From Candidatus Omnitrophota bacterium (GTDB lineage Bacteria; Omnitrophota; Gorgyraeia; B26-G9): a stretch of 64,000 nt of DNA. Under the pieces are notes generated by a model. That model did no database searches and was not told the DNA's origin. It was given only the letters and a program-made list of their open reading frames with translations. The translations under genes and the position numbers were made by a program. Location of the stretch: assembly GCA_018817165.1 (NCBI GenBank), contig JAHITY010000070.1:363-64362 (forward strand), given 5' to 3'. Position 1 is the first letter of the stretch. Each line of letters opens with the position of its first letter. Positions 7,638 through 16,587 of the stretch are shown here, piece after piece.

Positions 7638-8528
7638 ATGAAAACATATCTTGATTGCATTCCTTGCTTTTTTCGCCAGGTGATCGATGCTGGCCGCATG
7701 GCGGGTTTAGATGATAAACAGCAGAAAAAGGTTGTGGATAAGTTTGCAAGTATTTTGCCGGAATTATCTTTGGATATGTCTCCGCCTGAGATTGCGCGAC
7801 TGACCAATAAACTGTTACAGAAAACCGCGAAGAGTAAAGACCTATACGCTAAAATAAAACAAAAAAGCAATCAAATCGGTCTGCGGATGTATGAAAAATT
7901 AAAACAGAAAGTTGAGGCTTCAAAAGACCAGCTATTAGCTGCGGTGGAGATAGCAATAATTGGCAATATTATAGATTATGGGGCCAAAAACCATTTGGAT
8001 TTGGATAAAGAGCTGGATAGAATGCTGCGTAAGGAAAAGCAATTGATCAAAAAAGAGAAAAAACGTATTTTTAACTATAAACAATTTAAGGAGCAATTGT
8101 CTAGAGCAAAAACAATTCTTTATTTAGCGGATAATGCCGGAGAAACAGTATTTGATCGGGTTTTGATTGAACAAATAAAGAGAATTGATCCCAATAAAAT
8201 AATTATTTACGCGGTAAAAGATAAGCCGGTTATTAATGATGCCTTGCTTGAAGATGCTTTGATTTGTGGAATTGATAAACAAGCGGAAATTATATCTAGC
8301 GGTTCAGATGCTCCGGGGACAGTGCTTGCTTTGTGCTCAAAGAAATTTTTAGATGTATATAATAAAGCGGATATGATTATTAGCAAAGGGCAGGGGAATT
8401 TTGAAGCATTGGCAGCAGTGAATAAGCGGCTGATATTTTTTTTGTTTATGGTCAAATGCGCTGTAGTCGCGGAAAATGTGGATTGTAAAATAGGGGATAT
8501 CACTTTATTATTTAATAGTGGTGATTGA
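7638..8528 (+). CDS. ARMT1/DUF89 metal-dependent phosphatase
   Basis: MKTYLDCIPC, GNIIDYG, DNAGE, SKGQGNFE, KC motifs. Confidence 0.9.
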   Translation: MKTYLDCIPCFFRQVIDAGRMAGLDDKQQKKVVDKFASILPELSLDMSPPEIARLTNKLLQKTAKSKDLYAKIKQKSNQIGLRMYEKLKQKVEASKDQLLAAVEIAIIGNIIDYGAKNHLDLDKELDRMLRKEKQLIKKEKKRIFNYKQFKEQLSRAKTILYLADNAGETVFDRVLIEQIKRIDPNKIIIYAVKDKPVINDALLEDALICGIDKQAEIISSGSDAPGTVLALCSKKFLDVYNKADMIISKGQGNFEALAAVNKRLIFFLFMVKCAVVAENVDCKIGDITLLFNSGD

Positions 8529-8532
8529 ATTT

Positions 8533-8685
8533 ATGAGAATATTTTGGTTGATGTTGGTGATGAATATAGTTATATTATTTTTAGGCTCAATTCTTATGCC
8601 TCCGCTTCCTTTGTGGATAGGTGGTTTAATCGGGATATTTGTCTTTCTTTTGGTGGGGAATTTAACGGCAAAATTTGTTGAATAA
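8533..8685 (+). CDS. 50-aa two-helix membrane protein (below the ORF-track cutoff)
   Basis: MRIFWLMLVMNIVILFLGSILMPPLPLWIGGLIGIFVFLLVGNLTAKFVE*; fills the gap between two operon genes. Confidence 0.55.
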   Translation: MRIFWLMLVMNIVILFLGSILMPPLPLWIGGLIGIFVFLLVGNLTAKFVE

Positions 8686-8709
8686 ATTAAAGATCGAAAC
8701 GGGGAAAGC

Positions 8710-9423
8710 GTGAAAATTAAAGTGATTTTTAATACTAATGCGGTATCAAATCAATTTTCCACAGGTTGGGGGCTGTCCTGCTTAATAAATAACACTATTT
8801 TATTTGATACCGGGGAAAATGGCGAGGGGTTATTGCGGAATATCGCTTTGCTTAATATTGATATCGCCGCGATAAGATCGGTGGTAATTTCGCATGAGCA
8901 TTGGGATCATATTGGAGGATTGTGGAAATTACTTGAACAAGGAAGCGGGATTAAGGTGTATGCTTGTCCTGGTTTTAGTCAAGGGTTTAAAGAAAAAGTT
9001 GAGAGTTTTAAAGGTATTTTGCTGGAATCAGATAAGTTCAGCCAGATTGAGGAAAACATTTTTCTCACTGGAGAAATCGCGGGAACTTATAAGGGGGAAT
9101 ATCTGGCGGAACAGGCTTTAGTTATAAAAACCGAAAAAGGATTAAATGTTATTACTGGATGCTCTCATCCGGGAATTATTAATATATTAGAAAGGATTAA
9201 ACAAGATTTTCCTCAGGATGTGATTTATTCAGTATTTGGCGGGTTTCATCTTAAAGATAAAGATAGCGCGTGTATTCAAAAGATAGCGGAAAAATTTATA
9301 GAGCTGAAGATTAAAAGAATTGGCGCGACTCATTGCAGCGGGCAGGAAGCGGAAAGCTTATTTGAAAAGTTGTATAAAACTAACTTTATCTCCGGAGAAG
9401 TCGGGAGTGAATTTGAGCTTTAA
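8710..9423 (+). CDS. metallo-beta-lactamase-fold hydrolase
   Basis: ILFDTG, SHEHWDHIGG, TGCSHPG, GGFH, HCSG. Confidence 0.9.
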   Translation: MKIKVIFNTNAVSNQFSTGWGLSCLINNTILFDTGENGEGLLRNIALLNIDIAAIRSVVISHEHWDHIGGLWKLLEQGSGIKVYACPGFSQGFKEKVESFKGILLESDKFSQIEENIFLTGEIAGTYKGEYLAEQALVIKTEKGLNVITGCSHPGIINILERIKQDFPQDVIYSVFGGFHLKDKDSACIQKIAEKFIELKIKRIGATHCSGQEAESLFEKLYKTNFISGEVGSEFEL

Positions 9424-9689
9424 AGATAAGCGGGCAATTTAGCTGTATATGCAACCTGCTTAATCAACAGATAATAAGCTGCCCCAAGAGGTTCTTAAGG
9501 ATATTTCTGGTAGGTTGCGCATAAATTTTATGTACTTATTATTTATTTAGGGGCAGGATATTATAGAGGGTGGTTGTTTGATGGTTAATAAATGACTATA
9601 TCGGTTGGGCTATTTTTTAGAACTTCCGAGAGAGATTTAATTCTTGTGCAAATATAGCGGCGATTACTTTTTGGGGTGAAAAAAACATA

Positions 9690-9717
9690 TTGACAAATAA
9701 TTACATTGTACTATTAT
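9690..9717 (+). promoter_or_regulatory. putative sigma70 promoter of the kamA cassette
   Basis: TTGACA-N16-TATTAT. Confidence 0.5.
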
Positions 9718-9782
9718 ACATACGAATAAACATGATTTTAACTTATTTCTAAACAGTATCTTTGGAAGGAGACACGCTGTTC

Positions 9783-10967
9783 ATGGAAAGACAAAGCCTA
9801 AATGGTGGAGACGCGGAGAATGATAAACCTCCAGACTCTTGCAGTAACAGCAGTGAATGTTCGAATAAAAATAATTGTAACAATAATTTGGTAGTTACTG
9901 TTGAACCAAAACCGCTTCCCAAAAAGTTGATAGCGACGGCTGATCAATTGGCCAAGTTTATTAATTTTGATGCAACAACTCGCAAAGCTTTGACCGAGAT
10001 TATCAAACAATATCACATGTTAATTCCTCCTTACTATTTTTCTTTAATTAAAGACCCTAATGATGAAAATGATCCGATTCGCAAGCAATGTGTTCCCGCG
10101 CTTGAGGAGTTGTTTTCTAATTCTATGGAAAGAGAAGATCCTTTAGGGGAGAAAGAGACATCTGTTACTAATATATTAGTGCATCGTTATCCGGATAGAG
10201 TTCTTTTGATTTCCACATCGCGTTGTTTTATGTATTGTCGTCATTGTACGCGCAAACGTTTATGGCAGAATAATGATGTTGAGCCGACTCTCGCGGAAAT
10301 TCATTCTTCTTTGGATTATGTCAGAGAACATAAAGAAATAAGGGAAATTATTATTTCCGGCGGGGATCCTTTAACTCTTAACCAGGAACGTCTTGATTGG
10401 ATTCTGGAACAGGCGAGCAATATTGAACATATTCAGTCAATTCGTATCGGCACGAGGACCCCGGTGGTTTTTCCGGAAAGAATAACCAAAGGTTTGTGCC
10501 GAATGCTGGGTAAATATGATAAGCTTTGGATCAATCTCCAGTTTAATCATCCGCGGGAAATAACCCCGGAATCCACAGCCGCTTGTCAGCTGCTCCAAAA
10601 AAGCGGTATTCCTTTAAGCAATCAGAGTGTTTTGTTAAAAGGAATTAATGATTCGGTGGAAGTAATGAAAGAACTTTGTCAAAAACTTCAGGCGATCAGG
10701 GTTAGACCGTATTATATTTTTCAATGCGATGAAGTAATTGGGGCATCACATTTTCGGACATCAATATTTAAGGGCATTGAAATTATCGAACATTTACGCG
10801 GGCATACTAGCGGAATGTGTGTTCCGAGATTTGTGGTCGATGGTCCAAATGGTAAGGGAAAGATTCCTTTAGACCCCCAATATTTGCTGAGCATGACGCC
10901 GGATAAAGTGGTTTTGAGAAATTACAATAATGAAGTATTTGAATATCATAATCCGCAGAGTGAGTAG
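9783..10967 (+). CDS. KamA-family radical SAM/PLP aminomutase (lysine 2,3-aminomutase-like)
   Basis: HRYPDRVL, CFMYCRHC, SGGDPL, NQSVLLKGIND, GKGKIP (PLP lysine). Confidence 0.92.
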   Translation: MERQSLNGGDAENDKPPDSCSNSSECSNKNNCNNNLVVTVEPKPLPKKLIATADQLAKFINFDATTRKALTEIIKQYHMLIPPYYFSLIKDPNDENDPIRKQCVPALEELFSNSMEREDPLGEKETSVTNILVHRYPDRVLLISTSRCFMYCRHCTRKRLWQNNDVEPTLAEIHSSLDYVREHKEIREIIISGGDPLTLNQERLDWILEQASNIEHIQSIRIGTRTPVVFPERITKGLCRMLGKYDKLWINLQFNHPREITPESTAACQLLQKSGIPLSNQSVLLKGINDSVEVMKELCQKLQAIRVRPYYIFQCDEVIGASHFRTSIFKGIEIIEHLRGHTSGMCVPRFVVDGPNGKGKIPLDPQYLLSMTPDKVVLRNYNNEVFEYHNPQSE

Positions 10968-10970
10968 AAC

Positions 10971-11027
10971 AGCGCTTCGCGCTTAGCCTATAGCTCTTAG
11001 CTCATGGCAAAAGCAAAAAAGCAGAGA
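10971..11027 (+). repeat. heptamer-based repeat A (TAGCTCA/TGGCTCA, GCAAAAGCAAAAAAGCAG)
   Basis: related copies at 56898-56963 and 58643-58724. Confidence 0.75.
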
Positions 11028-11048
11028 ACAGAGAGTAGGAAAAGAGCT

Positions 11049-11174
11049 GGTAAAGGGTAAGCGGTGACGAAGCCCGTATCGGCAACGTTAACGGTTACGG
11101 TTAAAAATAAATAAATTCTAAGCCGGTAGACTTTACCTTAAGACGAAACGGGCATCGTAACCTTAACCTTTACC
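11049..11174. repeat. inverted-end structured repeat B, copy 1
   Basis: ACGAAGCCCGTATCGG ... AAGACGAAACGGGCATCGTAACC; second copy at 63236-63354. Confidence 0.8.
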
Positions 11175-11176
11175 GA

Positions 11177-11201
11177 GTGTCAACTATATTAGAATAAGAT
11201 A
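11177..11201. mobile_element. degenerate IS3-family-like terminal repeat
   Basis: GTGTCAACTATATTAGAATAAGATA, similar to 23369-23393 and to the reverse complement of 41981-42005. Confidence 0.5.
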
Positions 11202-11220
11202 AATTAGAAGAAGGATATTG

Positions 11221-12234
11221 ATGGAAACACCGTTTAAAAATAAGCTTCGCGCGGGAATATGTTTTAATCTGAAAAGAGAAACAAACAGCGATTCGGACGA
11301 AGAATATGATGAAATAGAAACCATAGAATTTTTGCAGAAGCGGCTGGAAAATTTAGGCTTTGAAGTAATTCTTGCCGAACAAGACCAGGATTTGTTTGCC
11401 AAGCTTAATGGTAATAAACTGGATTTTGTGTTGAATATCGCTGAAGGCAAGGGTAAGACCCGCAGTCGGGAATCGCAAGTTCCCTGTTTGCTGGAATGGC
11501 TGAATATCCCTTATTATGGTTCTGACCCTGCTGCTTTGGCTTTGACCTTGGATAAATGGCTTAACTATATTGTTTTAAAAAATTCCTCGATTCCTGTTCC
11601 GCGAATGTATACAATTTCTGATCTCCAGCAACTACAAAGCCTGTCGATTCCATTTGACGGCCGTAAATATATTATCAAGCCGCGGTGGGAAGGGTCGTCC
11701 AAAGGTATTTTTGATGATTCGGTAATCAGTTCAATGGATAAATGTCGAGATAAAGTAAATTTTATTTTAACTGAATATCATCAGCCGGCTTTGGTGGAAG
11801 AGTTTGTGGAAAACGAAGAAATCACTGTTGGCTTGTGCGGTAATCAGGAACTTGAAATTTTGGGAATGATGAAGATCTCGCAAAATCAGCAAAAAGAGAC
11901 TTTCGTTTATTCCATAGAAAATAAGCGGGATTGGCAGGCGAAAATAAAATATGAACGCGCGGAAGAAGTTATTGCGGACAAGACCTTAAAACTGCTGCGC
12001 CAATATGCTATGGCCGCGTTTAAGGTGCTTGGCTTGGCTGATGTGGCGCGCATTGATTTTCGGGTTGACAATCAAGGGGTGCCGAAAATAATTGATGTAA
12101 ACCCCTTGCCAGGTCTTTCTCCTAAGTATAGTGACCTGATGCTGATCTCCCAGTTACATAATAAGAAATTTGTTGATGTGGTTGATAAGATTTTAAACAT
12201 ATCCTTAAAAAGGAATAATATTCATACATTGTGA
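11221..12234 (+). CDS. D-Ala-D-Ala ligase-like ATP-grasp protein
   Basis: NIAEG, RESQVP, IIKPRWEGSSKGI, RIDFR, IDVNPLPGL. Confidence 0.9.
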   Translation: METPFKNKLRAGICFNLKRETNSDSDEEYDEIETIEFLQKRLENLGFEVILAEQDQDLFAKLNGNKLDFVLNIAEGKGKTRSRESQVPCLLEWLNIPYYGSDPAALALTLDKWLNYIVLKNSSIPVPRMYTISDLQQLQSLSIPFDGRKYIIKPRWEGSSKGIFDDSVISSMDKCRDKVNFILTEYHQPALVEEFVENEEITVGLCGNQELEILGMMKISQNQQKETFVYSIENKRDWQAKIKYERAEEVIADKTLKLLRQYAMAAFKVLGLADVARIDFRVDNQGVPKIIDVNPLPGLSPKYSDLMLISQLHNKKFVDVVDKILNISLKRNNIHTL

Positions 12235-13217
12235 AAGTCCTGATAGCGATTGCCCGCGAAAATAATGCCAGACAAGATAATGCCGACGCTTCGCGCTGCG
12301 CAAAGTCGATAAAAACAGCTTTGTCAGCAAAAAACATAGCTGCGGATTTGTTTTTTGTCGAGCCGGGAGATTTTTTAAAATCTGAGAAAAATTTAATAAA
12401 GAAAATAAAAGATTTAAACCCTGACTGCGTATTTAATTTGTTTGAAGGCTTTAGTTATGACGCGCAAAGGGAAATTGACTTTGCTTGTATTTTGGAGAAA
12501 ACTGGGATTGTGTTTACCGGAAATACGAGTAAGGTCTTGCAGCAATGTTTGGACAAAAACCTGTGCAAAAATCTTTTGATAAAAGCGGGTTTGCCGGTGC
12601 CAGCTGGTATTTGTCTTAAGCCGGGAGAAGGCTTGAGTTCAAGTAAGCTTAAATTGCCGGTGTTTATTAAACCGTGTTGTGAAGATGCCAGCGTAGGGAT
12701 CGATAAAGATTCTTTGGTTTCTAATCAGGAAGATCTAAATAAAATTATAAATTTAAAACTGCAGAAGCATCCAGAAGGTTTGATTATCGAAGAATTTCTC
12801 TCCGGCAATGAATATAATGTATCGTTTATTGGGCAGCCGCCTTATGAAATGTTGGGAATTTCAGTTATGGATTATTCCAAAGTCGATGCGCAAAAGCCGT
12901 TTATGAGTTATGAAGCAAAATGGGAGGAGAAAAGCCCGGATTTTAATAAGTTGATTCCGCGAGTGATTAAGCGAAAGCAATATGGCGATTTAGAAAAACA
13001 GATCACTAATCTATGTGTTCAAGCAGCCCAAAAAATCGGATGTGCCGGGTATTTTAGAGTAGATTTGAGGCAAGGGAATAATAAGGTTTTTATAATTGAT
13101 ATTAATCCTAATCCGGATATAAATAATGACAGTGGTTTTTCCCGGCAGGCATATTCCGCGGGTTATACATATGAAGAAATTATTTTTAAAATAGTTAGTT
13201 TGACTGTGGGTAAATAA
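12231..13217 (+). CDS. second D-Ala-D-Ala ligase-like ATP-grasp protein
   Basis: VFNLFEG, FIKPCCEDASVGI, SYEAKW, RVDLR, IDINPNPD. Confidence 0.9.
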   Translation: MKVLIAIARENNARQDNADASRCAKSIKTALSAKNIAADLFFVEPGDFLKSEKNLIKKIKDLNPDCVFNLFEGFSYDAQREIDFACILEKTGIVFTGNTSKVLQQCLDKNLCKNLLIKAGLPVPAGICLKPGEGLSSSKLKLPVFIKPCCEDASVGIDKDSLVSNQEDLNKIINLKLQKHPEGLIIEEFLSGNEYNVSFIGQPPYEMLGISVMDYSKVDAQKPFMSYEAKWEEKSPDFNKLIPRVIKRKQYGDLEKQITNLCVQAAQKIGCAGYFRVDLRQGNNKVFIIDINPNPDINNDSGFSRQAYSAGYTYEEIIFKIVSLTVGK

Positions 13218-13241
13218 GCCCGATTGAAGCTGGAGAATCGT

Positions 13242-13709
13242 ATGAAATATGAGATAAAGCAGTATTTAAAAATAACTAAGAGCACCGAGGTTTTTAATCA
13301 AGGTGACATTGAGATTTTAAAAGAACTATTAGAAGATCTGCAGCACAATAAAAAAACATCCTATAGCTTAATAGAAGAGGCCGTTGATGGGAAATTAGCT
13401 GGATTTACCTTGTTTGGCCGCACACCTTTAACTGAATTTGCCTGGGATATTTATTGGTTGATTGTGGGTAAGGAATTTCAAGGCCAGGGGATTGGTAAAG
13501 CGCTGCTTAAAAAAACAGAAGACCTTATTAAATTGAAAACTCCTATAGCAACGATCAGGCTGGAAACATCTTCCAGGGAGAAATATTCCGCGGCGCGGGG
13601 TTTATATAAAAGATTGAAATTTGAGGAAGTAGGGACGCTGTCGAATTTTTATGCTGAAGGCGATGATATGATTATTTTTTATAAAGATATCCATTGTTTG
13701 GAAAAATAA
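13242..13709 (+). CDS. GNAT N-acetyltransferase
   Basis: FQGQGIGKALL acetyl-CoA motif, ETSS, NFYAEGD. Confidence 0.88.
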   Translation: MKYEIKQYLKITKSTEVFNQGDIEILKELLEDLQHNKKTSYSLIEEAVDGKLAGFTLFGRTPLTEFAWDIYWLIVGKEFQGQGIGKALLKKTEDLIKLKTPIATIRLETSSREKYSAARGLYKRLKFEEVGTLSNFYAEGDDMIIFYKDIHCLEK

Positions 13710-13755
13710 ACTTACTGTTTTATCTGGATGAAAGAGTTAATAGCTAAAAGGCGGA

Positions 13756-13783
13756 TTGACAAGCAGGATAAGAAGCATATAAT
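13756..13783 (+). promoter_or_regulatory. sigma70 promoter upstream of sulP
   Basis: TTGACA-N16-TATAAT. Confidence 0.6.
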
Positions 13784-13795
13784 ATAAGATAATCC

Positions 13796-13835
13796 AAAAA
13801 AGGAGACTGTGGTTAATATTACAGTCTCCTTTCTT
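13796..13835 (+). terminator. terminator-like hairpin between the promoter and sulP
   Basis: AAGGAGACTGT-N10-ACAGTCTCCTT with flanking A and T runs. Confidence 0.7.
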
Positions 13836-13887
13836 AATTAGATAAAACTTTAATCAGAGATTAATTATTAAAATAAAGGTGATAAAT

Positions 13888-15543
13888 ATGTTAAGGCCGA
13901 AATTAGTGGATGCATTGCAAAATTATTCTTGGAAACAATTTAAAAATGATTTTATTTCTGGACTTATCGTGGGGATTGTGGCTTTACCTTTAGCCATTGC
14001 TTTTGCTATTGCTTCAGGCGTTTCTCCGGAAAAAGGCTTGCTTACCGCGGTGATAGCTGGATTTATTATTTCGGCTTTTGGCGGCAGCCGGGTTCAGATC
14101 GGCGGCCCTACTGGCGCCTTTGTGGTAATTGTTTATAGTATTATTCAGCAGTATGGAATAGAAGGCTTGACGATCGCGACGATGCTGGCGGGGATTATGC
14201 TGATCGCCTTTGGTTTGGCGCGGTTTGGCGGATTAATAAAGTTTATTCCTTATCCGGTAATAATCGGCTTTACCTCCGGAATCGCGGTTATAATTTTTTC
14301 AGCGCAAATAAAAGATCTGTTTGGTTTAGACATGGGCACAGTTCCTCCTGATTTTTTTGATAAATGGAAGTTGTTGTTTGCCCATTTTAATACAATTAAT
14401 TTTTCGGCTTTAAGTCTTTCCGCGGTGACCATAGTCATTATCCTGGGTTTTCAAAAAATAACAAAAAAAATTCCCGGATCATTGGTCGCGATTATTTTTA
14501 CAACCTTAATTGTTCAAGCATTTAATATCCCGGTGCAAACAATTGGCGATCGGTTCGGGATAATTTCCTGCAATTTTCCATTTCCTAAATTTCCTAATAT
14601 GGATTGGCATCTTGTTCAGCAAATGTTTCGGCCGGCATTCACAATCGCTATTCTGGCAGGGATTGAATCGCTTTTATCAGCAGTTGTCGCTGATGGGATG
14701 ATTGGCGGTAAACATCGTTCGAATATGGAACTAATTGCCCAAGGAATGGCAAATATTGCCTCTGCTTTGTTTGGCGGCATTCCCGCTACAGGGGCGATAG
14801 CCCGTACTGCGACTAATGTGCATAATGGGGGGCGTACTCCGATCGCGGGGATTGTCCACGCGATAGTTTTACTTCTGATCATGATTTTTCTCGGTAAATG
14901 GGCGTCTTTAATTCCCTTGGCAACTTTAGCCGGGATTTTAGTGATTGTTTCTTATCGAATGGGCGAATGGCATTCTTTTGCGATGATTTTAAAATCACCG
15001 CGCAGTGATGTGTTTGTTTTAATCACCACATTTCTTTTAACGATAATTTTTGATTTAACTGTTGCGATTGAGGCAGGAATTGTTTTGGCGGCATTATTGC
15101 TTATTCGGCGCTTATCAGCATCAGATAGTATCCATCAAATTCAAGGGGTTTATGTTGATGAAGAAGACAGGGATGATCCTGACGCCTTAAATCGCAAAGT
15201 TATTCCCAAGGAAGTGGAAGTCTATGAAATTAACGGCCCCTTCTTTTTTGGCACGGTTTCGACTTTTGTTGAGACGATGAATGATATTGAAAAAAACCCT
15301 ATGGTAAGAATATTAAGAATGCGCCATGTCTCCAGTATCGATGCCACGGCAATAAATGCTTTGCGCCAGGTTATTCGTGAATCTACAAAAAAACAGATAA
15401 TTATGGTTTTGTCAGGAATCAGCGCGCACTTGCTGGTTAAATTGGAAAAAGCCGAGATCATTGCTTTAGTCGGCAAAGATAATGTTGCGGTTAATATTGA
15501 TAAAGCTTTGCAGCGCGCCGCGGAGATTATAGCAAACAGATAA
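13888..15543 (+). CDS. SulP/SLC26 anion permease with STAS domain
   Basis: VALPLAIAFAIASG, QIGGPTGAF, ESLLSA, GGIPATGAIART; STAS (GPFFFG, IDATA). Confidence 0.93.
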   Translation: MLRPKLVDALQNYSWKQFKNDFISGLIVGIVALPLAIAFAIASGVSPEKGLLTAVIAGFIISAFGGSRVQIGGPTGAFVVIVYSIIQQYGIEGLTIATMLAGIMLIAFGLARFGGLIKFIPYPVIIGFTSGIAVIIFSAQIKDLFGLDMGTVPPDFFDKWKLLFAHFNTINFSALSLSAVTIVIILGFQKITKKIPGSLVAIIFTTLIVQAFNIPVQTIGDRFGIISCNFPFPKFPNMDWHLVQQMFRPAFTIAILAGIESLLSAVVADGMIGGKHRSNMELIAQGMANIASALFGGIPATGAIARTATNVHNGGRTPIAGIVHAIVLLLIMIFLGKWASLIPLATLAGILVIVSYRMGEWHSFAMILKSPRSDVFVLITTFLLTIIFDLTVAIEAGIVLAALLLIRRLSASDSIHQIQGVYVDEEDRDDPDALNRKVIPKEVEVYEINGPFFFGTVSTFVETMNDIEKNPMVRILRMRHVSSIDATAINALRQVIRESTKKQIIMVLSGISAHLLVKLEKAEIIALVGKDNVAVNIDKALQRAAEIIANR

Positions 15544-15557
15544 TATCAGGTTTTAAA

Positions 15558-15604
15558 TGCGGGCAAGATGATTCTTTTTAAGCGAATCCTTGCCCGTAAT
15601 TTTT
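15558..15604 (+). terminator. terminator after sulP
   Basis: GCGGGCAAG...CTTGCCCGT stem followed by a T-rich run. Confidence 0.55.
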
Positions 15605-15609
15605 AAGTA

Positions 15610-15672
15610 TTGACAAAAGGGAAAATAAAGGATATAAATATATCGATATAAATATATCGATATATTTATATC
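15610..15672 (+). promoter_or_regulatory. promoter and triple 14-bp palindromic operator of the rex-hydrogenase operon
   Basis: TTGACA-N17-TATAAA overlapped by GATATAAATATATC x2 + GATATATTTATATC (15631-15672). Confidence 0.7.
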
Positions 15673-15698
15673 TAAAGAAGAAAATTTCAGGAGTAATC

Positions 15699-16346
15699 AT
15701 GCTTAAGAAAATAAAAAGTTTTTCAGTTCCAACATTGCGAAGGCTGCCGCTTTATTTAAAAATAGCCAGAAGAGAGCAATCTGCCGGAAAATTAATTATT
15801 TCATGCTCGGATATTGCTCGAGAATGCCGGTTGGATCCTATTTTGGTGCGTAAAGATATTGCTTCTACCGGAGTTGTCGGACAGGCTCGCTGCGGTTTTC
15901 CGATTGATAAACTGATAGAAGCTGTGGAGATATTTTTAGGATGGAGAGGCGGTAAGGACGCGTTTCTGGTGGGTGTTGGACATTTAGGCGCAGCTCTTTT
16001 GAAATATGAAAAGTTTCAGGAGCATGGGCTTATGATCATTGCGGCCTTTGATATCGACAAACAAAAGACAAAACAGAAAATCGGGAATATTCCTGTTTTT
16101 TTAATCAGCAAACTTCCTGATTTGGCCAAGCGCATGCGTGTGCCAATAGGGATTATTACTGTAAACGCGGATACAGCGCAGGATATTGCGGATATAATGG
16201 TTGATGCGGGGATAAAAGCTATTTGGAATTTTGCTCCGATAGTCTTGAAAGTCCCAGAATCTATTTTAGTGGAAAATGTATCTCTTTCAGCAAGTTTAGG
16301 CGTGCTGACAAGCCAGTTGAATCGGCAGAAAGATAGTGATGAATAA
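15699..16346 (+). CDS. rex: redox-sensing repressor Rex (divergent paralog)
   Basis: TLRRLPLY, VRKD, VGVGHLG, GIKAIWNFAP. Confidence 0.9.
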   Translation: MLKKIKSFSVPTLRRLPLYLKIARREQSAGKLIISCSDIARECRLDPILVRKDIASTGVVGQARCGFPIDKLIEAVEIFLGWRGGKDAFLVGVGHLGAALLKYEKFQEHGLMIIAAFDIDKQKTKQKIGNIPVFLISKLPDLAKRMRVPIGIITVNADTAQDIADIMVDAGIKAIWNFAPIVLKVPESILVENVSLSASLGVLTSQLNRQKDSDE

Positions 16347-16587
16347 AAAGATTGAAATAGAGATTTGTATGGGTAGTTCTTGTTTTGCCCGGGGCAATAA
16401 CTTGACGGTCATAAATATACAGCAAATCATTAAAGAGCGTAACTGGGAGTTTTGTGTTGTGGTTAAGGGAGTATTGTGTCAAGGGCTTTGTAAGCAGGGG
16501 CCGACACTCAAAGTCAATGGAATAACATACAATCATATCGATACGGCATCCTTAGTGGATATAATAGAAGAAGAGGTAAAACGATGA
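16339..16587 (+). CDS. thioredoxin-like [2Fe-2S] protein (HfsA/NuoE-like)
   Basis: ICMGSSCF and LCQGLCKQGP Cys motifs. Confidence 0.85.
   Translation: MNKKIEIEICMGSSCFARGNNLTVINIQQIIKERNWEFCVVVKGVLCQGLCKQGPTLKVNGITYNHIDTASLVDIIEEEVKR

Noticed and set aside
11221-13217. Ddl-like genes as vancomycin resistance or housekeeping ddl
   Set aside because: No vanH/vanX or mur/dcw context, and the typical Ddl N-terminal GGxSxE motif is absent
15631-15672. 14-bp triple repeat as a CRISPR remnant or ModE box
   Set aside because: No spacers or cas genes; half-site spacing does not fit the ModE consensus. No CRISPR array, tRNA or rRNA was recognised anywhere in the window
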